The notes beneath the pieces were generated by a model. It had not been told where the DNA came from, ran no database searches, and saw only the letters and a program-made list of their open reading frames with translations. Made by a program: the position numbers and the translations under genes. From Thermodesulfobacteriota bacterium (GTDB lineage Bacteria; Desulfobacterota; Binatia; Bin18): a stretch of 64,000 nt of DNA. Shown here one piece after another: positions 17,452 to 27,737 of this stretch (its first letter is position 1; every line of letters starts with the position of its first letter). Location: assembly GCA_964291405.2 (NCBI GenBank), contig OZ219926.1, forward strand, positions 3,616,001 to 3,680,000, read 5' to 3'.

Positions 17452-18903
17452 TTATTTCTCCATACCTAGAAATGTCTTGACTCGCTCTGTACACCGCGTG
17501 GTGTCGAAATCCCGATGCAGACTGGCCGTAATCATGCTGGGGTCGCCGGCGTAGAACATTTCGTACAGCTCGTGCCGGGAGCCAAAATCAGAGCCAACCA
17601 GGTCCCAGGCCAGCTTAAAGAGCCGAACCTTGTCCCGGGCCGGGATGCGGGCGCCGCGATAGTATTTTTCCAGGTCCGGGCCGGTCGGCCCGTCAAAGGC
17701 CGAGAATGTCGCCGGAAGCTGCATCAGCCCGCCCGCGCCAATCCGACGTATCATGGCCATCAAGCGCGGGTAGATACGCGGCCCCCAGACCCGTCCGACC
17801 TGGAGGGGTTCCAGAGCCGGATAGATAGCCCCGTTGGACGGGTCAATTTCGGCCTCGTGTTCCGCCGCCAGCAGGATGGATTTGATGATTTCCACGTAGC
17901 TGGCCGCTTCACCCAGGGTTTCCTGGACAACAGGTTTGTCCTGAACCCCGATGGCTTCAGCCATGAGGCTGAGCGTGCCGTAGACAAACTCGAGCTTGGA
18001 CAGCAGCCGCGTATTGGTCTGGTGGGCTGTCCATTCTCGAATGCGGGTACCGGCATACATCCGGCCGACCAAGTTGACATCTTTGTGCAAAAAAACGCGC
18101 TGCCAGGGGACAACCACATCATCAAAAACCGCGACCGCATCCATCTCGTCAAACCGGGCGCTCAGCGGATGATCTTCGACCGCACCCGGTCGGGTAAAGG
18201 ACTCCCGACACAGAATCTTCAGCCCCGGCGAGGCAACCGGGATAATAAAGACCATGGCATAGGCTGACTCCGCCGCGGTCAGGGTTGGCGGAAAGGGCCA
18301 GGCCAGAATCTCATCGGCGAACGGCGCGGCCGTAGCTATCATTTTCGCGCCTCGAATCACCAGCCCCTTGGCCGTCTCGTCTACAATCCCGAGACACTGA
18401 TAGGGATCGTCCTGCTCGGCCCGGTTCTTGGAGCGGTCCACCTGCGGATCAATCAGGGTATGGGTGAGAAACAGGTCGTTCTCGCGGCAGTGTTCATAAT
18501 AGTCCAGGACGCGTTCCCTGCACTCCGGACTCTGCCGAGCAAAATAGTCGGCCTTGGCCGCCCAGGCAGTGACCATGGCATTGAGAAAGTCCGCACTGCG
18601 GCCCATCATGCCGCAGGTTGCGTCCGCCCAGACCTTGCTCATGGTCCGCCGCCGCACGAGATCGTCCCGCGTGCGCGGGATCAGAAACGACAGACCGACC
18701 GGATCGCCGCTTGTCGGCGAGGGGTAGCACAGCGTGTCCCGATAGGCCGGGTCGTACTGCATGTCGTATAAACGCGCAACGCTCTCGACCGCGGCTCGAA
18801 AGGCCGGATGGGTGGTGACATCTTCGACGCGTTCGTTGCCCAGCCAGACCTCACGCTGATCCCGCAGTCCCGCGATAAACTCTGCTCCTGTGCGTGCACC
18901 CAT
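17452..18903 (-). CDS. hpaB: 4-hydroxyphenylacetate 3-monooxygenase family, oxygenase component
   Basis: RTGAEFIAGLRD, DVTTHPAF, GMMGRS.DF, GAKMIATAAP, SARFDEMDA, FGSRHELYEMFYAG. Confidence 0.88.
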   Translation of the reverse strand: MGARTGAEFIAGLRDQREVWLGNERVEDVTTHPAFRAAVESVARLYDMQYDPAYRDTLCYPSPTSGDPVGLSFLIPRTRDDLVRRRTMSKVWADATCGMMGRSADFLNAMVTAWAAKADYFARQSPECRERVLDYYEHCRENDLFLTHTLIDPQVDRSKNRAEQDDPYQCLGIVDETAKGLVIRGAKMIATAAPFADEILAWPFPPTLTAAESAYAMVFIIPVASPGLKILCRESFTRPGAVEDHPLSARFDEMDAVAVFDDVVVPWQRVFLHKDVNLVGRMYAGTRIREWTAHQTNTRLLSKLEFVYGTLSLMAEAIGVQDKPVVQETLGEAASYVEIIKSILLAAEHEAEIDPSNGAIYPALEPLQVGRVWGPRIYPRLMAMIRRIGAGGLMQLPATFSAFDGPTGPDLEKYYRGARIPARDKVRLFKLAWDLVGSDFGSRHELYEMFYAGDPSMITASLHRDFDTTRCTERVKTFLGMEK

Positions 18904-18929
18904 AATCGCTATCCTTTGTTCCCGATCCT

Positions 18930-19433
18930 CTATAGATCAGTCCGGGCTCGTCGGACAAGACGCGCTATTTCTTTCGCGCTCACCCGGTCAACTCGACTCT
19001 GATTCGGAACAGCAGCCTGAAGCCTGCGCCGAAAGGTGTCCAGCCTGGGTTGACGCGAAAAGAAATACAGGTGAGCCGGACACGTACAGTCGGACGCGCC
19101 AAAGCCGGGAAGGGGAATCGATGCACCCGGCATGCGCGCAAAAATATCAGCCCAGGCATGTTCCCGGCGAACGGAATCGTAGGAATACCAGGCGTGTCGA
19201 AGCGTGGCTGCCCGGCGAAGATAATCAATATGCCAATGCGGACGGGTCGCCAGCCGAGAATGATGACCGACCCGCGCCCGCACGCCTCCCGGTCCCAGGG
19301 CACTGCCAACGTAGACGTAGCAGCCCGGCTCAACGGCGAGTTGGCCCAGCCGCCCAACCTGGACGGTCTGTCGCCGGTCCGCTTGCAACATGAGGGCATA
19401 GGTGCCGGGGTGCGCATCCATTTTCAGGGCCAT
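18930..19433 (-). CDS. GIY-YIG (DUF123/Uri) nuclease family protein
   Basis: GTYAL...YVYVGSA, HWHIDYL, GFGASDC.C..HL. Confidence 0.88.
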   Translation of the reverse strand: MALKMDAHPGTYALMLQADRRQTVQVGRLGQLAVEPGCYVYVGSALGPGGVRARVGHHSRLATRPHWHIDYLRRAATLRHAWYSYDSVRREHAWADIFARMPGASIPLPGFGASDCTCPAHLYFFSRQPRLDTFRRRLQAAVPNQSRVDRVSAKEIARLVRRARTDL

Positions 19434-19469
19434 CTTTATTAGTCCTCACAGGTCTCTATACTACAAGGG

Positions 19470-21011
19470 ATGCGCAGGGACATGTCTCATAACAGAGCAG
19501 AGCCGGGCATGAGTGCGCGGACCCGCCATACCCTGCCAGGGAGCACGACCCAGGACCAGCTCCTCGGTCAGTTGCAAAGGCGGTTTCCCGTTGAGCTCAC
19601 CTCTCTGGGAACCCAGGCGCGGCATTATTTCGATACCTTTGATTGGCGTCTGTTTCGGCGTGGGCTGGCATTGTGTCAGGCGCGCGATACGGTTGCGCTC
19701 TGGTCGCTGGACAGCCGTCCGGTGAGTGAACGCACGTCCTGCTCGGCGCTCCCGCCCTATGTCAGTAAGTGGGTGGAGAGTCCCCTCAAAGCACAACTCC
19801 TGCCGCTGGTCTCAATCCGTGCGCTTATGGAGCGAGGGGTCGTGCACGCCGCATATTTTACGGTGGCTGAGCAGGCGGCTCCTTATCGACCGGTGGCGCA
19901 CGTTGTCTTTGAAGAAGGCGCCGCCAAAGACTACGGACGAATCGTCCCGCTTCCGGCCCAGATCGAGGTTGCAACCTATGCCGGGTCGGCCGTGGCCGGT
20001 GAACTGCGAACGTGGCTGGACTCCTTGGGTCTGACAGCGGTTTCCCCGAGCGGTCCTGCGGCAACCCTGTACACCGTCCAGCAGGTCAGGGCGTATTCCG
20101 CAAAACTCGCCTTCACATTCGAGCCCGACATGCGGGCTGAGCACGCGGTGCGTACAATTCTGGCCTTTCTGCTCGACATCGTCAGACAGAACCGGCCGGG
20201 TATCCTCCACGATATCGATACCGAGTTTTTACACGACTTCCGGGTCGCCGTCCGGCGCGCCCGATCCCTACTCGGCCAACTGCCCAAGGTGCTTCCGGTT
20301 CGCTTGACCAACCGCCTGCGCAAGGACCTGTCCTTTTTGGGTAGCCTGACCAACCACCTGCGCGACCTGGACGTGTTACTGCTCCACCAAGCCGACTATC
20401 TGGCCGCCGTACCGCCAGACCTGCGACCGGATATGGAGCCGCTTTTTCGCGCCGTTCAGCATGAACGCTACGCCACCCATCACCGGCTGGTGGAGGCGCT
20501 GAACACCCCGCAGTCTGAGGCCATTCTCCAGCGCTGGGAAAGTGCGACAACAGAGACGAAAGCCAGGGGGCCGCAGGCAGAACATAAGGTGGCCAAGCTG
20601 GTCCGAAAGGCTATCCGCAGGCAGTGTCAGCGGATGCTCACCGCCACACCGCCCGACACTCTCAGGGACAGCGCCCCCGAGCAACTGCATAGACTGCGCA
20701 TCGCCTGTAAGAAGCTGCGTTATATGTTCGAGTTTTTTGCCAGCGCGTTTTCCCAGGAGTTGACGGCTGAACCGGTCCGGCGTCTGCGCGTTCTCCAGGA
20801 TGTACTCGGTCAGCTCAACGACCTCGATGTCCAGCGGCAGATGCTGCAAAACCTCGCCCGCGCAGTGCCGGGCCCGTCCGGCCAGAGGCACCGCACCGAT
20901 ACCGCAGTTCACCTCCTGACGCAGACCTTTGAAACACAGCAGGAGCAACTGCGCACGCAAGTCCATACGACCTTTACGGACTTTATCGCCGAGGTCGCCC
21001 CGTGGTCATAA
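19470..21011 (+). CDS. CHAD-domain protein with degenerate CYTH-like N-terminus
   Basis: YFDTFDWRL; LHDFRVAVRRARS, RDLDV, LHRLRIACKKLRY, LQDVLGQLND. Confidence 0.9.
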   Translation: MRRDMSHNRAEPGMSARTRHTLPGSTTQDQLLGQLQRRFPVELTSLGTQARHYFDTFDWRLFRRGLALCQARDTVALWSLDSRPVSERTSCSALPPYVSKWVESPLKAQLLPLVSIRALMERGVVHAAYFTVAEQAAPYRPVAHVVFEEGAAKDYGRIVPLPAQIEVATYAGSAVAGELRTWLDSLGLTAVSPSGPAATLYTVQQVRAYSAKLAFTFEPDMRAEHAVRTILAFLLDIVRQNRPGILHDIDTEFLHDFRVAVRRARSLLGQLPKVLPVRLTNRLRKDLSFLGSLTNHLRDLDVLLLHQADYLAAVPPDLRPDMEPLFRAVQHERYATHHRLVEALNTPQSEAILQRWESATTETKARGPQAEHKVAKLVRKAIRRQCQRMLTATPPDTLRDSAPEQLHRLRIACKKLRYMFEFFASAFSQELTAEPVRRLRVLQDVLGQLNDLDVQRQMLQNLARAVPGPSGQRHRTDTAVHLLTQTFETQQEQLRTQVHTTFTDFIAEVAPWS

Positions 21012-21043
21012 AACGGGGTGGTCAGGAAGACGGTTCACGAACC

Positions 21044-21751
21044 TTACACGCCCGATTGTGGCGGGCTGGCGTAGGGGACTTTCCACACCCCTGGACCGTA
21101 TAAGAGGGCGAGCCCGCGATGCAGCTTGTTGTCGCGTGACGGGTGCAAGGGAAAACGTTCCTGGAGAAAACGGCTGATCCGTCCCAGCTCATCCTGCGTG
21201 CCGGTCTCCAACTCGACTTCGACTTCATAAAACGTGGCAAAGGTGTGCTCCGGTGCTTTCGGGTCACGATACCGTGCCGTATCAAGCGCTATCTCTGCCA
21301 GTGCCTCTGCTTGTGGTTCAGCGCTCCGCTTGATGGCCAGGCGTTGGCGCTCTACCTCGGAAATCAGAATCGGGGCCAGCGTCTGGCCGATAGCAGCGGC
21401 GGGTAAACCGTCGGCCAATTCTTCTGGCGGGACGAAGGGAAAGGTCGGAGCACTGGGCAATACCACCGTCCGTTCCGGGCGAGCATGAATAGCTCCTTTG
21501 ACTTGCCCCTGTCCCTTGGTCGAAGCTTCCCAGCCATCGTCCCCTATGCGTCGAAGACGCAGGGCCAGCGCATGCCGGGCGATGAGGAAGTCGGCCGTAT
21601 CCAGATACGTCGTCTGCAACTGGAGAGTCGGGCGGCGCTCAAAACGAAAGGAGCCGAACTGGGAGCAGGCCGCGATCTGATCGAAGACCGTCACGTCCTC
21701 GGTGAGGAGTTTGACTTCAACTTCCTGAAGGACGGCGCTCGGGGTTGTCAT
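21044..21751 (-). CDS. CYTH-domain protein (triphosphate tunnel metalloenzyme)
   Basis: EVEVK, YLDT.D, LRLR, EIALD, EVEVEL, terminal K..RG. Confidence 0.9.
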   Translation of the reverse strand: MTTPSAVLQEVEVKLLTEDVTVFDQIAACSQFGSFRFERRPTLQLQTTYLDTADFLIARHALALRLRRIGDDGWEASTKGQGQVKGAIHARPERTVVLPSAPTFPFVPPEELADGLPAAAIGQTLAPILISEVERQRLAIKRSAEPQAEALAEIALDTARYRDPKAPEHTFATFYEVEVELETGTQDELGRISRFLQERFPLHPSRDNKLHRGLALLYGPGVWKVPYASPPQSGV

Positions 21752-21935
21752 CGCTCTGTAAGTCCTTTCTCCGGCGTGGGGCTACGTGCCGTCTGACGGA
21801 GGGGAAGAATTGTCAGCTTTCTCCGGCCCATGTGTCAAGTCCTCCGTAGGAGTAAGAACCTTGACCCTGCCCGCATGAACAGGATAGGGATACGGCACGT
21901 CAAAAAACTCGGAACCATACAGGGAGGGGAAAGAG

Positions 21936-23618
21936 ATGTCCTACGATCTGCTGATTAAGAATGGCACGGTGGTTGACGGGAGCGGCGCGCCGCCGGTCCA
22001 GGCCGATATTGCGGTTGCAGAGGGAAAGATCGCTGAAATTGGAAAAATCAGCGACGGCGCAAAAAAGATCATTGACGCGTCCGACCTGACGGTCTCCCCC
22101 GGCTTTATCGACCACCACACCCACTATGATGCCCAGATCTGTTGGGACCCGGTCATCTCTCCGTCGTCCTGGCACGGCGTGACCAGCGTCATCATGGGCA
22201 ACTGCGGCGTGGGCCTGGCTCCATGCAAACCCGATGTGCGCGAAATCGCGGCCTGGGATCTCGTCAATGTCGAGGCCATTCCTTTTGATGTGTTGTCACA
22301 GGGCGTGACCTGGGATTGGGAAACCTTCCCCGAATACATGGACGCTGCGGCTAAACGAGGCTCGGGGATCAACCTCGGGTTCATGGCTCCGCTGACCCCG
22401 TTTCGTCATTACGTGATGGGTGAAGAATCCATGGAGCGGGCCGCCACGCCAGAGGAAACAACCCGGATCGCCGCCCTCCTGCGAGAGGCCATGCAGGCCG
22501 GGGCGTTTGGCTTCTCAACCACCAACGGCCCGCAGCATATCGGCTATCAGGGCCGGCCGCTCGCCTGCCGCCTGGCCAGCTTTGACGAACTGGCCGCCTA
22601 CGCCGGCGTCCTCAAAGACCTTGGCCGGGGCTCGATTGAGCTCGCCCTGAACGACCAACCGGGTGTGGTCACGGAAAGCGACTATGCCTTGCTCGACCAT
22701 TTGGGCACCGAAAGCAATCGTCCGGTGACCTGGCTGGCCATGCTGTCCCGAGACGACCAGCCCGATGTCTGCATGGAGACGCTCCGCCAGACCGAGTCCC
22801 TGATTCAGCGCGGGATCGTCCCGCAGGTTACCTGCCGGCCACTCAGTGTGCAGGTCAACCTGCGCAACCCGTTTATTTTTGCCAATCTGGAGTGCTGGAA
22901 CCCGGCCTTTAACAAATCGGAAGAGGAGCAGAGCGCGCTCTACCGTGACCCCGACTTCCGTCAGGCCTGGCGCAAAACCTTTGAGCAGCCCAGGGTCTTT
23001 CCTGGGAAGTGGGACCGGGTTGATATTCAGGAAGTCAGCAATCCGGCGCTCAAACAGTACGAAGGCAAAACGGTTGACGAGGTGGCCCGCGAGCGGGGGA
23101 AAGACGGGCTGGACACTTTCCTCGACCTGGCCATTGAGGACAATCTGAATATCCAGTACGTCATGGCTCTGTTTAACGCAGACGAAAATCGTGTGGCCGA
23201 ACTCATTACCCATCCCAACACGATGATCGGCCTGTCGGACGGCGGCGCCCATGTGGATATGCTATGCGACGCCGGCTACTGTACCTATCTGCTCGGCACC
23301 TGGGTGCGTGAAAAGCAGCTCATGCCGATTGAGCGGGCGGTCCAACGCATCACCTCCGAACCGGCCCGATTCTTTGGCGTGCCCAATCGGGGTGTGCTGG
23401 CTGAAGGCATGGCCGCTGATATCGCCATTTTCGATGCCGCTACGATCGGCTCGCCCAGGCGGCCCGAGATGCGCCACGACCTGCCCGGCGGCGGCCGGCG
23501 TCTGGTCGTCCCCGCTCAAGGGGTGATGCACACGGTTGTGAATGGTGAGGTCTTATACCAAGACCAGCAGCACACCGGCGACCTGCCCGGCCAAGTGCTG
23601 CGGGCCGGAGCCGCCTAG
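21936..23618 (+). CDS. N-acyl-D-amino-acid deacylase family amidohydrolase
   Basis: PGFIDHHTHYDAQ, HGVTSVIMGNCG, SDGGAH. Confidence 0.9.
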   Translation: MSYDLLIKNGTVVDGSGAPPVQADIAVAEGKIAEIGKISDGAKKIIDASDLTVSPGFIDHHTHYDAQICWDPVISPSSWHGVTSVIMGNCGVGLAPCKPDVREIAAWDLVNVEAIPFDVLSQGVTWDWETFPEYMDAAAKRGSGINLGFMAPLTPFRHYVMGEESMERAATPEETTRIAALLREAMQAGAFGFSTTNGPQHIGYQGRPLACRLASFDELAAYAGVLKDLGRGSIELALNDQPGVVTESDYALLDHLGTESNRPVTWLAMLSRDDQPDVCMETLRQTESLIQRGIVPQVTCRPLSVQVNLRNPFIFANLECWNPAFNKSEEEQSALYRDPDFRQAWRKTFEQPRVFPGKWDRVDIQEVSNPALKQYEGKTVDEVARERGKDGLDTFLDLAIEDNLNIQYVMALFNADENRVAELITHPNTMIGLSDGGAHVDMLCDAGYCTYLLGTWVREKQLMPIERAVQRITSEPARFFGVPNRGVLAEGMAADIAIFDAATIGSPRRPEMRHDLPGGGRRLVVPAQGVMHTVVNGEVLYQDQQHTGDLPGQVLRAGAA

Positions 23619-23638
23619 TCCGCTTTTTCTCCAGCCAC

Positions 23639-23710
23639 GCGCCCCTCCCCGGAGGGGCGCTAAAATATCCCCTCTCGGGAGGGGTGCCGCGAAGCGACGG
23701 GGTGGGTTTC
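23639..23710. repeat. REP-like element (CCCCTC-N-GAGGGG...GGGGTGGGTT family)
   Basis: Two CCCCTC/GAGGGG hairpins plus GGGGTGGGTT tail; family recurs through the window. Confidence 0.8.
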
Positions 23711-23776
23711 CCCTTCTGCTCGATATAGACACTCCCGCTCATCCAAAACCGAACCCACAATAACAACCCCACGGAC

Positions 23777-26542
23777 ATGGCCAGAGCCAACCAGACCCCG
23801 GAACAAGCTGCTCGCGAAAATATTGACAGCTTGCTCACCCAGGCCGGCTGGGCGGTCCAGGACAAAAATCGTATCGATCCCAAGGCGAGTCTCGGCCTTG
23901 CCATACGTGAATATCAGACCGATGCCGGGCCGGCCGACTACGTTCTCTGCATCGACAGGAAACCCGTCGGCGTGGTCGAGGCCAAGCCGGAACACTGGGG
24001 CCAGAAGATCACGACGGTCGAGGAGCAATCGGGACGTTACGCGTCCGCAAAACTCAAGTGGGCGAGCGACAGCACATCCTTACCCTTTGTGTACGAAAGC
24101 ACCGGCGTACTCACCCGTTTCACCGACGGACGCGACCCGAGACCGCGCTCCCGCGAGGTGTTCAGTTTTCCCCGGCCGGAGACCATGCAGGACTGGTACA
24201 CCCGGTCGGCCACGCTCCGCGCACGGCTCCGGGCGCTGCCGAGTTTAGACCCTACCGGCTTGAGAGCGTGCCAGGTCAACGCCATCGAGCAGCTCGAAGC
24301 CTCCTTCCAAGCTGACCGCCCGCGCGCCCTGATTCAAATGGCGACCGGCTCGGGCAAGACCTATACCGCCATCACCTCGATCTACCGGCTGCTCAAACAC
24401 GCGGACGCCAAACGTGTCCTCTTTCTGGTGGACACCAGGAACCTGGGCGAACAGGCCGAGCAGGAATTCATGGCCTACGTGCCCGGCGACGACAACCGCA
24501 AGTTCACCGAGCTGTACAACGTCCAGCGTCTCAAATCATCCTTTGTCGCCAAGGACAGTCAGGTCTGCATCAGCACCATCCAGCGTATGTACTCGCTGCT
24601 GAAGGACCAGGACATGGACGAAGCCGCCGAAGAGATCAACCCGGCGGAGATGGTCCAGCCCAAACGACCCATGCCGGTCGTTTATAACCCCAAGATTCCG
24701 CCCGAGTTCTTTGACTTCATCATCATCGACGAGTGTCACCGCTCGATTTACAACCTGTGGCGTCAGGTCCTGGAATACTTCGACGCCTATCTCATCGGTC
24801 TGACCGCCACACCCGACAACCGCACCTATGGTTTCTTCAAAACGAACGTCGTCAGCGAATACGACCACGAGCAGGCCGTCGCCGACGGCGTCAATGTCGG
24901 TAACGAAGTCTATGTCATCGACACGGAAAGAACCAAGCACGGCGGGCAACTCAAGGCCGAACAGCAGGTCGAAAAACGCGAGCGCCTGACACGCCGCAAG
25001 CGCTGGGAGATTCAGGACGAGGACCTCGCCTATACCGCCCGGGAACTCGACCACGCCATCGTCATCCCCGACCAGATTCGCACCATCGTCCGCACCTTTC
25101 GCGACAAGCTGCCGGAGATATTTCCCGGCCGCACCGAAGTGCCCAAGACGCTGGTTTTTGCCAAGACCGACAGCCACGCCGACGACATTATCCAGACTGT
25201 GCGTGAGGAATTCGCCCAAGGCAACGAGTTCTGTAAGAAGGTCACCTACAAAACCGAGGAAGACCCGAAATCCGTCCTGGCCCAGTTCCGCAACGACTAC
25301 CACCCGCGTATCGCCGTGACCGTGGACATGATCGCCACCGGCACAGACGTCAAGCCGCTCGAATGCCTGCTCTTCATGCGTGATGTCAAAAGCCGCAACT
25401 ATTTCGAGCAGATGAAGGGCCGTGGCACCCGCACCCTCGACCATGACGATCTTAAGAAAGTCTCGCCCTCCGCGGCCAGCGGCAAGACCCACTATGTGAT
25501 CGTGGACGCCGTCGGCGTCACACAATCACTCAAGACCGCCAGCCAGCCGCTCATCACCAAACCCTCCGTGCCGCTCAAGGACCTCGCCATGGGCGTGATG
25601 ATGGGCGCACATGACGAGGACACGGTCAGTTCCCTTGCAGGCCGTCTCGCCCGGCTCAACCAACAACTTGACCTCCCTGAGCAGGAACGTATCCGCGAAA
25701 AGGCCGGCGGCATCGCCCTCACCGACATCGTCGGTAATCTGCTGCACGCCATCGACCCGGACCAGGTCGAAGCCAAGGCCCGCGAGACCGAGTCCGTACC
25801 CGACGGTGCCGAACCCTCACCGGCCGCCCGCGAACAGGCCCAGGAGCAGTTGGTCCGTGACGCTACCGGTGTGTTCAACGGCGAGCTGATTGAACTGCTC
25901 GACTCGATTCGCCGCAACAAGGAGCAGACCATCGACCATGACAGCCTGGACCGAGTGTTGCGCGCCGAGTGGGAGGGTGACGCGCACGAGAACGCCGAAG
26001 CCCTGGCGCAGGATTTCCGGCACTATCTGGAAGCCAACCGCGATGAAATCGAAGCCCTGACCATTTTTTACGCCCAGCCACACCGCCGCCGTGAGTTGAC
26101 CTACGCCATGATCCGCGAGGTGTCCGACAGACTCAAGAACGACCGGCCCCGCCTTTCCCCTTTGCGCGTCTGGCAGGCGTATACCCTGCTCGACGAATAC
26201 AAGGGACAGCAGCCTGCCACTGAACTGACCGCGCTCGTGGCCTTGATCCGCCGCGTCTGCGGCATTGACGCGACAATCTCACCCTATTCGGAAACCGTGC
26301 GCCGCAATTTTCAGCAGTGGATCATGACGCACCACAGCGGCAGCGGAGAGAAGTTCAACGAGGAGCAGATGGACTGGCTGCGCATGATTCGTGACCACAT
26401 CATCACCTCGTTTCATCTGGACCGCGACGATCTGGACATGGCTCCATTCGATGGCAAGGGCGGCATGGGGCAGATGTACAAGCTCTTCGGTGACCGGATG
26501 GATGATGTGATTGATGAGTTGAATGAGGCGCTAGCCGCATGA
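23777..26542 (+). CDS. hsdR: Type I restriction enzyme R subunit
   Basis: PADY...EAK nuclease motif, MATGSGKT, DECH, GLTATP, QMKGRGTR, EcoEI-type C-terminus. Confidence 0.95.
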   Translation: MARANQTPEQAARENIDSLLTQAGWAVQDKNRIDPKASLGLAIREYQTDAGPADYVLCIDRKPVGVVEAKPEHWGQKITTVEEQSGRYASAKLKWASDSTSLPFVYESTGVLTRFTDGRDPRPRSREVFSFPRPETMQDWYTRSATLRARLRALPSLDPTGLRACQVNAIEQLEASFQADRPRALIQMATGSGKTYTAITSIYRLLKHADAKRVLFLVDTRNLGEQAEQEFMAYVPGDDNRKFTELYNVQRLKSSFVAKDSQVCISTIQRMYSLLKDQDMDEAAEEINPAEMVQPKRPMPVVYNPKIPPEFFDFIIIDECHRSIYNLWRQVLEYFDAYLIGLTATPDNRTYGFFKTNVVSEYDHEQAVADGVNVGNEVYVIDTERTKHGGQLKAEQQVEKRERLTRRKRWEIQDEDLAYTARELDHAIVIPDQIRTIVRTFRDKLPEIFPGRTEVPKTLVFAKTDSHADDIIQTVREEFAQGNEFCKKVTYKTEEDPKSVLAQFRNDYHPRIAVTVDMIATGTDVKPLECLLFMRDVKSRNYFEQMKGRGTRTLDHDDLKKVSPSAASGKTHYVIVDAVGVTQSLKTASQPLITKPSVPLKDLAMGVMMGAHDEDTVSSLAGRLARLNQQLDLPEQERIREKAGGIALTDIVGNLLHAIDPDQVEAKARETESVPDGAEPSPAAREQAQEQLVRDATGVFNGELIELLDSIRRNKEQTIDHDSLDRVLRAEWEGDAHENAEALAQDFRHYLEANRDEIEALTIFYAQPHRRRELTYAMIREVSDRLKNDRPRLSPLRVWQAYTLLDEYKGQQPATELTALVALIRRVCGIDATISPYSETVRRNFQQWIMTHHSGSGEKFNEEQMDWLRMIRDHIITSFHLDRDDLDMAPFDGKGGMGQMYKLFGDRMDDVIDELNEALAA

Positions 26543-26573
26543 AGGAAGAAGGGAGAAGGAAAAAGGATGAAGT
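26539..26573 (+). repeat. 5 x heptamer NNRAAGG (block A)
   Basis: ATGAAGG AAGAAGG GAGAAGG AAAAAGG ATGAAGT. Confidence 0.85.
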
Positions 26574-26946
26574 TGTGGACCTTCGGATTCGGACGAAGGA
26601 GTTTGCACTGCGGATCATTCGCCTTTACTCAGGTCTTCCCAAGCGGACCGAGGCTCAAGTAATAGGCGGGCAAATTATTCGTTCTGGAACGTCTGTAGGA
26701 GCAAATTACCGGGAGGCATATCGCGCGCGGAGCAAAGCGGAGTTCATCGCAAAGGCTGGCGACTGTTTGAAGGAGATTGAGGAAACCGGTTATTGGCTTG
26801 AGCTGCTTGTCGATTCAGGAATTGTTTCCGAGGATCGACTTGAGAACTTGAGAAACGAATGTGGTGAATTAACTGCGATATTCGTCACTTCCATTCGGAA
26901 TGCGAAGAGCAATGAAGAAAGGCAAAAGGGAGAAGGAAAAAAGTAG
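26539..26946 (+). CDS. Four-helix-bundle protein (23S rRNA IVP / Avd-like family)
   Basis: RTKEFALRII, QIIRSGTSVGANYREA..ARSKAEFIAK, EIEET.YWLELL; ATGA overlap with the hsdR stop. Confidence 0.92.
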   Translation: MKEEGRRKKDEVVDLRIRTKEFALRIIRLYSGLPKRTEAQVIGGQIIRSGTSVGANYREAYRARSKAEFIAKAGDCLKEIEETGYWLELLVDSGIVSEDRLENLRNECGELTAIFVTSIRNAKSNEERQKGEGKK

Positions 26947-26957
26947 AAGGAGAAAGG
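26916..26957 (+). repeat. 6 x heptamer NNRAAGG (block A2) across the four-helix-bundle stop codon
   Basis: AGAAAGG CAAAAGG GAGAAGG AAAAAAG TAGAAGG AGAAAGG. Confidence 0.8.
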
Positions 26958-26963
26958 ATCATA

Positions 26964-27036
26964 CGGGCGCCAGACTGCGCGTTGATTTTGACCGGCATTT
27001 CTTCCTTCTGCCTTCCTCCTTCTTCCTTAGATCGCA
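26964..27036 (+). pseudogene. Orphan copy of the hsdS TRD1 3' end containing inverted heptamer block B (26997-27028)
   Basis: Aligns with 28299-28368 (CGCGTTGATTTTGACC...TTTCTTCCTTCTGCCTTCCTCCTT). Confidence 0.8.
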
Positions 27037-27062
27037 TAGAGACAGGTGGCCGGTCTCAGTGC

Positions 27063-27404
27063 TCACGGAGTTGCAGCTTGGGCGTCCCCCGTCTCTCTTC
27101 CCTCCGTGCCGAGCGCCTGCACGACCGAATCCGGATCGTGGTCTATCACGGTCAGCAGTACACGGGCGGCCCGGTCTGGAACCCGGCGGCCCTGTTCCCA
27201 GTCCTGCACGGCACGTACATCAAGGCCAAAACGGTCGGCGAATTTCTGCCGGCTCAGCTTCAGACGTTTGCGAAGCGCGACGATCCGCCCAGCGCTGGGG
27301 TCGTCCACGATCCGGCAGGAAAGTGCTGTCTCACCGCGCACATGGGCAAGCACCTCGCCCAGGGCTGTTTCAATCTCTTGGCCGATGTTGGTGCGTTCCT
27401 TCAT
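27063..27404 (-). CDS. XRE-HTH antitoxin (HigA-like)
   Basis: LRKRLKLSRQKFA...VQDWEQGRRVPD.AARVLL. Confidence 0.9.
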   Translation of the reverse strand: MKERTNIGQEIETALGEVLAHVRGETALSCRIVDDPSAGRIVALRKRLKLSRQKFADRFGLDVRAVQDWEQGRRVPDRAARVLLTVIDHDPDSVVQALGTEGRETGDAQAATP

Positions 27405-27730
27405 TTTTCTCGCCTCTCTTTTCTGATCGCCGCCACCAGCTTGGACAACGCCTTGACGTCCGCCGCCGTCAGATCGTCGCGGTCCGCCTTCGCATAGGCC
27501 GTCAGCATATAGATGGCTTCGGGGCCAGGGTAGAAGTAGATTACGCGAAGGCCACCCCGCTTGCCACGACCGGAACCGGCCCAGCGCAACTTGCGGATGC
27601 CGCCCGTCCCCCGGATAACGGGTGCCGTATCGGGAGTGGACATGATCGTCGCTTCCATTTCCCTCCGGGCTTCTGGCGAAAGCAGCTTACGAATGGCGCG
27701 TTCATAGGTGCGGGTAAAGTACAGGTGCAT
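27401..27730 (-). CDS. RelE/HigB-family toxin
   Basis: VIRGTGGIRKLRW...GKRGGLRVIYF...LTAYAK. Confidence 0.92.
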   Translation of the reverse strand: MHLYFTRTYERAIRKLLSPEARREMEATIMSTPDTAPVIRGTGGIRKLRWAGSGRGKRGGLRVIYFYPGPEAIYMLTAYAKADRDDLTAADVKALSKLVAAIRKERREK

Positions 27731-27737
27731 TGGCTCT

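Noticed and set aside
24536-25525. 329-aa minus-strand ORF, and similar long antisense ORFs at 39783-40772, 42602-43492, 45230-46255 and 50039-50779
   Set aside because: Antisense shadows of well-supported genes, expected with GC-rich codon usage; no recognisable motifs.
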